Source of the DNA: the human T2T-CHM13v2.0 reference genome, Homo sapiens
Length of the DNA: 64,000 nt
NCBI RefSeq assembly: GCF_009914755.1
Contig: NC_060926.1
Strand: one strand, 5' to 3'
Shown: piece by piece, positions 55,865 to 64,000 of the stretch
Layout of the letters: each line of letters opens with the position of its first letter
Numbering within the stretch: position 1 is the stretch's first letter
Made by a program: the position numbers and the translations under genes
Notes under the pieces: model-generated
What the model was told of the DNA's origin: nothing
What the model saw: only the letters and a program-made list of their open reading frames with translations
Databases searched by the model: none

Positions 55865-58800
55865 TTATTAATTTATTTTAGTGTAGTTAGAAAACTACAT
55901 TACCTTCTCAATAAATGTTTAAATGTACAATGCATTACTGTTAACCATAGATACAATGGTGTACAGCGTATGTCTAGAAGTTACTCATCTTGCCCAACTG
56001 AAACTTTATGCCCATTAATTAGTAAGTGCCCTTTGCCCCGACAACCACCATTTCACAATTTGAGTCTATGAGTTTGAGTATTTTAGATACCTCATATAAG
56101 TGGAGTTATGCAATATATTTTTTTTTTCTGTGACTGGCCTATTTCTCCTAGCATAACATTTTCAAGGTTAATCTATGTTGTCACATACCTTTTCTCTTTA
56201 AAGGCTGCATAGTATTCCATTGTGTGATTTTAGGGGGGGTGTGTATGACATTTTATCCATTTATCTGTGGATGGATATTTACATTGATACCACAGCTTGG
56301 CTATTGTGAACAGTGTTGCAATGACCATAGGAATGCTATTATTTCTTTGAGGTCGTGATTTTAATTTTTTTGAACTAATTCCCAGAAGTGGGATTGCTGG
56401 ATAATATGTAGTTCTATTCTTAATGCTTAGAGAAATCTCCATGGTGGCTGTACCATTTTTCATTTCCACCAACAGTGTGCGAGGGTGCCAATTTTTCCAC
56501 ATCCTTGCCTACACTTATCACCTTGTTTTAATAACTATCCTGACAGATGTGAATTCATAGCTCATTGTGGTTTTAATTTACATTTTATCTCATGATTAAT
56601 GATGTTGAACATTTTTCATATATCTATAAGCCATTTGTGTATCTTCTTTGACAAATGTCTATTCAAGTCATTAAACTATTTTTAAATTAGGTTATTTGTT
56701 ATTTGTTTTTCAGTTGTAAGAGTTTCTTATATTTTTTGAAGATTAACTCCTTATCAAATAAATGGTTTACAAATGTTTTCTCCCCATCTGTAGGTTCCCT
56801 TTTCATTCTGTTTCTTTTGCTGTGCAGAGCTTTTTAGTTTCATATAGTTTTACTTGTTTATTTTTGGTTTTGTTGTCTGTGCTTTTGGTGTCATAGCAAT
56901 AAAATAATTGCCAAGGCCAATGTCATGAAGGTTTTCCTCTATATTTTCTTCTAGTCTTTGTACAGGTGCAGGTTTTGTGTTTAAGTCTAATCCATTTTGA
57001 ATTAATACTTGCATATGCTATAAGACAGAGGTGCAATTTCATAGTTTTGCATAGAGATATAGTTTTATCATAATCATTTGTTGAAGAAACAATCATTTTT
57101 CCATTGTATATTCCATTAGCCCCGTTAAAAATCATTGGCCATATATGCATGGATTTATTTCTGTGTTTTGTATTCTGTTTCACTGGTCTATATGTCTGTT
57201 CTTTGCCAGTACTATATTGTTTTTATTACTATAGCTTTGTTACATATTTTGAAATCAGGAAATGTGATGCCTTCACCTTTATTCTTTCTCAAGATTTCTT
57301 TGATTATTCATGCTTGTGATTCTATCTGAATTTAGAAATTATTTTCCTATTTCTGTAAAAATGCCATTGTGATTCTAACAGATGCTACATTGCCTCTGTA
57401 GATTACTTTGGCACACATGGATATTTTAACAATATCTAGTCTTCCAATCTATGAACCTGGGATGGCTTTCCAATCCTTGGTGGTTTATCTTGTTTAGTTT
57501 CTGTCATCAATGTTTTTAGGTTTCAATACACAAATCTTTCACCTCCTTAATAAGTTTATTTCTAGATATTTTATTTTTCCTAAACTCTAAAGGTATTTTT
57601 AAAATTTAATTTTCAAATAGTTTGTTGTTATTATATAGAAATGCAACTAATTTTGTATGTTGATTTTGTGTCCTGTCACTTTGCTGAATTGGTTTAATAT
57701 TTTTTATGCATTTTTTCTTTATGATGTCTTTAGGGTAGTATATGCTTATATATACAATCATGCCTTCTATATTCAGGGGCTTCCTACATTCAGGTTTTTT
57801 TTCTCTGATTTGGAAGCCTTTTATTTCTTTTCCTTGCCTGATTGTTCTGTCTAGGACTTCCAGTACTATGATTGAATAGAAGTGACAGGAGTAGGTGTCC
57901 TTGTCTCATTTCTGATATTAGAGAAAAAGCTTTCAGTTTTTTACTGTTGAGTCTAATGTTAGCTCTAGACTTTTCATATATGCCCTTTTTAATGTTCAAT
58001 GTTAATGTATGCCTTACATACCTAATATGTCGAGAATTTTTATCATGAATGGATGTTTAATATTGTCAAACTCTTTATCTATTGAGATGATCATGTGACT
58101 TTTATTCTTTATTCTAGTAATGTAATGTATCACATTAATTTATTTCTGTATGTTGACATATTCTTGTATCCCAGGGATAAATCTCTCTTGGTTATAGTTA
58201 TAATCTTTTTAATGTGCTGTTGGAATAATTTTGTGAGTATTTTATTGATGATTTTTGTATTGATAATCATCAAGGATATTTGCCTGTAATTTAATTTTCT
58301 CATGGTTTTGTCTGGCTTTGAATTAGTATAATGCTGGCCTCATTTAATAAGTTTGAAAGTGTTCTCCTCCAATTTTTTGTATGAGTTTGAGAAAGACTGG
58401 TGTTAGCTCTTCTTTAAATATTTGGTAGGATTCACTAGTGAAGCCATCTGGTCCTATTTTTCTCTGTTGGGAGGTTTTTCATTATCAATTCAATCTTCTT
58501 ACTAGTTATACATCTGTTCAGACTTTCTATTTTTTCATACTTTAGTTTTGGTATACATTTTAGGAATTTATTCATTTTTTTTCTAGGTTATCCAGTTGGT
58601 AGGTGAATACTTGTATACAGTAAAATATTACTATGATCTTTTTTTATTCCTGTGGCATCAATTGTAATGTTTCTTATTTCATTTCTGATTTTATTTATTT
58701 GTGACAAGAGTAGGTGTCCTTGTCTCATTTGTCATTTATCTTTTTGCTCTTCGTCTAGCTAAAAGTTTTTCGACTTTGTTTGTTTTCAAACAAACTCTTT

Positions 58801-59105
58801 ATTATGCTGATTTTTTAAAACTGTTTTCTATTTTCTATTTTGTTTACTTCTAATATTTTTTATTTCCTTATTTCTGCTAACTTTGGGCTTTTTTTTTTGT
58901 TTTTATTTTTGTTTAGTTCCTTGCAAGTAAAGTTAGATTGTTCATTTGAGATCTTTCTTCTTTTGTAATGTATGCATTTATTGCTAATAACTTTGTTTTT
59001 TTGCTGCAGCCTATAAGTTTTAGTGTGTTGTGTTTTCATTTTCATTTGTCTTAAGGTAACTAATTTCAAATTTCTTTTTTGATTCCTTTTTTGACTCAAT
59101 GGCTA
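55865..59105 (-). mobile_element. L1MA9/L1MB-like, ~3.2 kb of ORF2 plus 3'UTR
   Basis: 3'UTR 'gtacagc...tctagaa...tcatcttgc...actgaaacttt', 'ttttagatacctcatataagtgg'; ORF2 peptides (…PAIPLLGI…IATLFTIAK…, …LKAFSLISEMRQGHLLLSLLFN…). Confidence 0.9.
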
Positions 59106-59159
59106 TTTACAAGGTCCCTATTCTTTGTTAAGATTACCTCATGCTTAAATAAGATGTGA

Positions 59160-59409
59160 GTGCAACATTAAACCTACCTGCATTGTGGAAAACAGGCAAA
59201 GAAAGAGCAAGTGCCCTCTATTCTTTAACAAGATTTTCTAAAGTTCAACATAATATTATCCCTTATGTTTAAAGGGTTAGAATGTAATCTCATCATTGTA
59301 CCCAGTTGCAAAGTATTTTGAGAATGTGCAAGAATTTAAAATGGAGTTACGATACCAAATTTTAATGGGAGACTCAATATGGGAATTGCAACTAATAGTC
59401 TCTGCCACA
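59160..59409 (-). mobile_element. MaLR LTR fragment (MLT1J-like), possibly continuing at ~55770-55860 across the L1
   Basis: 'cccagttgcaaag', terminal 'gcaactaatagtctctgccaca'. Confidence 0.45.
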
Positions 59410-59899
59410 GACCAAATTTTATTTTTATCATTCAGGGTCAAAATTTGGGGACTAGAATGTTTTGTCTCGACTCTGTCTAGTCACATCATAGAGTCAAAAC
59501 GTAGAGTTTCGTGACAAAAAATATAGCATTGACTTTAGACTTTGTAAAGTGCCAAAGATACTTTACTGAATGGTACAATTCCCTTCATATATGAGAAATC
59601 TAAAAACAGAGACATGGAAGAGCTTAATCACTTGAAATTCATTGTTTTGTGGTTTAAATATGCTACTTTCTAAGTAAACAGAGTCATTTACTCTAAAACT
59701 AGTACATGGACTTTCTGTACTTCTTTAACCAGTTTTTTTATAATGTCATTTCATTTTCTTCAAAATGTTTTTCCTTTCTTTTTTAATGCTTTTCTTTTTT
59801 AAAAAATACATAGCTCTCCTCTTGCTTATCTCCATTTACAATGTTCAGGTTGAGCACATGTGTCGCTTTAAGCTTCCCAGGAGGATATTAAATAGTATT

Positions 59900-60090
59900 T
59901 AAGAACAAATCTTGGAAATCAGGCACTCTGGTTTCAAATTCTACCTCTCTCCCTTAATAGTTATCTTTCATAAAAACTTCAAGCTTTGTTTTCTGGATCT
60001 ATAAATTGCAATTATCATTGTCCCTACTATTTAAGGAGATTCCATAGTTTAACCAAAATAATGATTAACAGTACTTTGCACTGTTAAGAT
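59900..60090 (+). mobile_element. MIR
   Basis: 'ttggaaatcaggcactctggtttcaaattctacctct...atctataaattg'. Confidence 0.55.
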
Positions 60091-60094
60091 TTCT

Positions 60095-60530
60095 ATTACG
60101 ATTTCTTTTTAATTTGGTGTTAAGTTTGCTATCTTGAGAGCTCTAGCTCTGCTCTGGCCAGAAATTCTTAGATGTATATTAGATGTATATGGTGTACCTT
60201 TAATGGAATACTTCTTTATCCTGACAGATGGCCTAATACCTAAGTGTCCAACCTGTGACCTAGTATGCTTTCATAGGAATCTATTAGATAGCCTTGCGAC
60301 TCCTGCCTGAACTATGTCCAGTTATTCCTACTAAGATACCCACTCATTAAGAAAAAGCCCTGTAAAAAGATTGGGTCCAGGTGTGTGCATGTCAGGTGAG
60401 ACACAATAAGGATGTAAAATCAAATGCATAAAACAGGAGAAATTTATTACTTGTAGGTCCAGAGAGATTAGAGGTGCCCATGGGAAGCCAGTGGACCATC
60501 TGGAGGTGTCAGGGAGCCACCAGTGCTAGC
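60095..60530 (-). mobile_element. ERVL LTR, MER54-like (3' half only)
   Basis: Reverse-complement matches to recalled MER54-family motifs: 'atacttctttatcctg...ggcctaatacctaagtgtcc', 'tgtccagttattcctactaagata', 'tcaggtgagacaca', 'tttattact' (polyA signal on minus strand). Confidence 0.7.
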
Positions 60531-63500
60531 TAACTGGTAAGGGCATCATAATTAATTATCCATCCCACATCTGGTTGCCAGTGAATACTAGTGGGAGGTG
60601 GAGAAGGAGTTACAACAGAAAGTCTGGAAACATAAGGTGAGGACTTGTTCTCTGTGAATATTTATGTATAATTGCTCTCTAAAATACTTTAAATAAATTT
60701 ATGTTACCTGGGGCCACCAATAGAGTCAATGTAGGAAGTCTGGCATAGTTGGTGGCAGTGTGTGAAATTTGGTAGGTGGACAATTCAATCAGGTGAGAAC
60801 CTGGGGTACTATGGCAATTAGGGGAGAACGTGCAGTAAGATGGCAGTTAGGGCACAGTATCACCCTCCTAATTTAAATAATTGATCTTTTAATAGGTCAC
60901 ATTTTCATTTGATGAGCTTAGCCATCTGAGGGAAGTAGGACAGATTGAAGTTCTACAGTGTGCCTTATTCTAGTGCACACTACTGGACTGTCTGTGCTTT
61001 AAAGTGGGTCCACTGATCAAAATCAACAACTTTGATTTTGGGTGCTCCAACATAAATTACAATAGATTTTGTCAGACCAGCAATGATGGATGTGTCTGTG
61101 ACACGGTGTGTGGGAAGACAGTAGGAGTCCCATGAGGAGTCACTTAAGAGTAAAGCAATACCTGATAGCTCCAGTGGTGACCAGTAGGGGGCTTAGGTAA
61201 TTAAGATGACCTCATGAGCAAGGATCATCTCCCTTAGGCACCCTACCCTAGTGGGAACATCCCAAGTTTTGTTTGGGGACAGCTTTCCCAGTTATTCATA
61301 ACTGTTTTAACTAAGGAAGGAGTTAAGGGTATTCTCTCCGGTAGGCCCAAATCTACAAAGGTTGAGGTGCCCTGGTGACCCAAAGTTATTTGAGCCCATG
61401 CTGCCAATGAGTATGGCACATCAGATTGTTTTTGTTTTGTATTTTTCTATTGAGACAACATAGGCCTGTTTGGCAAGAGTGTCTGCAGTGTTGTTAAAGT
61501 GAGTCTCAGATGTATCACAGTTGTGTGCTGAGACACGTGACATGAAAATAGAAAGCATGGTTATAGTCACTTCCTGCCAAATGTGGGATCCCCATAGTGG
61601 CTTACTTTGTATTTGAAAGTTATGTTTTTCCCTTATCCCAACCATACAGCTAACCCATTTGCCACCTCCCAAGAACAGGTGAAAATTCTTAATTCGTGAA
61701 GGGCATGTTTTAGGGTGTCTTTAAGAACCAGTCATCAGTTGCAAGTTTGTCAAAGTGGGCTGAACTGAGGTTGCTTTCCTCCACCAGAGTGGTGTGTGCA
61801 GCCAATGGTGTGCTGCAGTGCTCCAGTGGGCCCCACTGCATACAACGGTGGCACTGTGATCAGTGAGGTACATGGTCTCCCAGGTTATACAGTTGGTTCC
61901 AAGGGACTCCCTAGCTAGCCAGACAGTCAAGTAGTAGAGACATCATCACCCATTCCTCAAAGATGGTGGGCAAGGGGCTGAGTATGGGGAAAGCTACATC
62001 CTCCTTTAATTTGTAAAGACCTTTTGGATTAGGTTTAGTTCTCTTCTGAAGATACCATTTCCATTTTAACAGAGGCATCTCTGGACTTGCTGAGCCCCTT
62101 CTGGGAAACATCTCTAACCCAGGGCATTACAGGAACTCATCACGTGCATGTAGCGTCATCAGCCATAGGTCAGTGGACACCTCTGTCTCTGATAGAGCCC
62201 GGGAGGCTGCCAAAATATAGTTTTCTAGAAAAGGATACAAAGTGGTTTGTGGTAGTCACCTGGTCCATAATCCCATGGGTAACCAAGAGTTGGCAAGTCG
62301 TGTCCACAGGCTCCAGGAAGCATAGTCTACAATGGTCAGTGATTCTGAACAAAAGTCAGACCATGGAGGCACTAGGGGCAGGGCCCGTTGTGCTGCTTGT
62401 TGAGCCAATTTTCATGCCCCAACTCTGGGGCTTTCCAGAGTGGAAGGAACTGAATCTGCATGTAACAGTGTAGATAAGTTTAAGGGGTAATGTGAAATGT
62501 GTAATGTGTTGTGGGTAAAGTGAGTAAAGGCCCAGAAGGTGTTATGTTTGAGTGTCTGAGATGGTCAAATTGTGAGTAAATGATATTTGACTGTAGGGGA
62601 GATTTCTCCACCTTTAGCTGCCTATATAGACCCCAGGAACTTTATTGAGGTGGCAGGCCTCTATATTTCATGGGGAGCAATGGCCCAACCTAGGTCCTGT
62701 ACATATTGAATTAGAATATTTAAATCTTTTTTTTTACTGCCTCTCTAGAAGGCCCTTTTAATATCATGCCATGTACATAGTGCCAAACCTGGCAGTATTT
62801 TAATTTTGATTGTTAGAGAACTTGCTGGCAAAGGTTGTGGGCAATAGCTGGGCTGTTCAGGTATCCCATAGGAAGATGAGTGAACATGTATTATGCTCCC
62901 TTGAAGATGAAGGCAAATTGGCTTTGGGAATCTACTGAAATTGGAATGGAATAAAATCTATTGGCCAGACCCACTGCTGAAAAATGTGAACCAAGTGCCT
63001 TTTGGATACTTTCCATTAATTCAACAATGTCAGGAATGGGGGCCTTAATAGGTGGCACCTGGGAATTTAAATTACATTAATTTTTAGTCTCCATTCATTT
63101 GTGGTGACTTTTAATATGGGCCAAATTGGACTATTAGTGTAAAATAATGGGGACAATAACTCCTTCTGGTAATAGAATTAGTGGTCATAGCCCTTCTGTA
63201 GCTAGTTTTAGTAGTTACAGTGGTGTATTTACCACCTTGATGGGGGCTGGCAACTGTAGTGGGTCCTACTTGTATTTTCCCACCAGCAGTGCTATGAATT
63301 TAAATTTGTTCTAGCTGAAGTGGCAGTGAGCCAATGCATCAATCCCTATAATGAGAAAAGAAAGAGCCAGTGAAGCCACCATCACTAACAGAATTAATGA
63401 AAACATTTCTAATAGATGCAAAAATTAAGACGTGTTTCTCTTAAATAACCTTTCTGGCCATGCCCTGCAAATTGTATGTGGCATCTTTTGGGTGTAAGCT

Positions 63501-64000
63501 AAGATTTCCTAAGATAACAGAGACCTGGACACCAAGTGTCCAGCAGGACTAAGAACCCTTGGGAGTTACCCATATTCCAATGAACCACCAATGTTGTAAA
63601 AGGGTGATTGTCCTGAATGGCAGGACAAGGCCCAGGGAGGAGCCAAACTCCTATGGCAGGAAGTTGGGGATCACCAATCCTGAGGTTTGGGGAAGGGGGT
63701 TTGCTCCCCTTATCGTTTTAGAAGATTGTCCCCTTGGGATCCCTGAATGGACGCTTGGGGAGGACACTGCCAAAGCTGTAGTTGTGTTAAGTACATCTTT
63801 TTTCCTTCATAATTTAAAGTCAGGATGGCTTGTGATTCATTCATCTGGAATGTCCATATCCCTTAATTGACAGTATAGTGGCCATTCAGAGGGTTGTGGG
63901 AGCATTTCTAGATGAGGAGGTCTTGGCACCAGGAGGAGGGACATGGATTATATTGTCCTGTATTGGGGGCTTCTCTCAGTATTCAATAATTTGGAATCAG
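60531..64000 (-). mobile_element. Decayed class III endogenous retrovirus (ERVL) internal region: gag end, protease, RT, RNase H, integrase; continues beyond the window
   Basis: Minus-strand motifs in order: LLDT (63535-63546, frameshifted), NSPIWP (~63120), FSAVGLANRFYSIP (62942-62986), YMFTHLPMGYLNSP (62849-62890), HYVHG in place of YIDD (62768-62779), LLKWKWYLQKR (~62050), RNase H 'PLWGSHIWQ...VSAH...FNNTAD', integrase DFDQWTHF (~61010) and YFPQMAKLIK (~60925); many stops and frameshifts. Confidence 0.9.

Noticed and set aside
61421-63870. Possible domesticated retroviral gene
   Set aside because: Catalytic motifs are mutated and frames are broken by stops and frameshifts throughout; the + strand ORFs are antisense shadows of pol

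Overview
AT-rich, CpG-poor primate (very likely human) nuclear DNA, typical of a gene desert or a very long intron. I recognise no cellular protein-coding exon, RNA gene or CpG-island promoter. A large share of the window is retroelement-derived. This includes about 8 Alu copies or fragments (AluJ, AluS, AluY), L1 fragments from ancient L1ME/MC/MA to young L1PA3, L2 and MIR relics, MaLR (MLT1) LTRs, ERV1 solo LTRs (MER52, MER57, MER67/89-like) and hAT MITEs (MER5, MER3). At the right end is a decayed class III (ERVL) provirus with readable protease, RT, RNase H and integrase motifs, joined to a MER54-like LTR. The ORF track is explained by repeats and chance. I found no novel biological system. 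The best-supported observations are mechanistic fossils: a short L1PA3 3' transduction inside target-site duplications (TSDs), two adjacent twin-primed (5'-inverted) L1 insertions, a 30-bp templated insertion copied from about 820 bp away, and template-switch palindromes. There are also a few weak enhancer or non-coding exon candidates. Subfamily names come from recalled consensus motifs and need RepeatMasker/Dfam confirmation.
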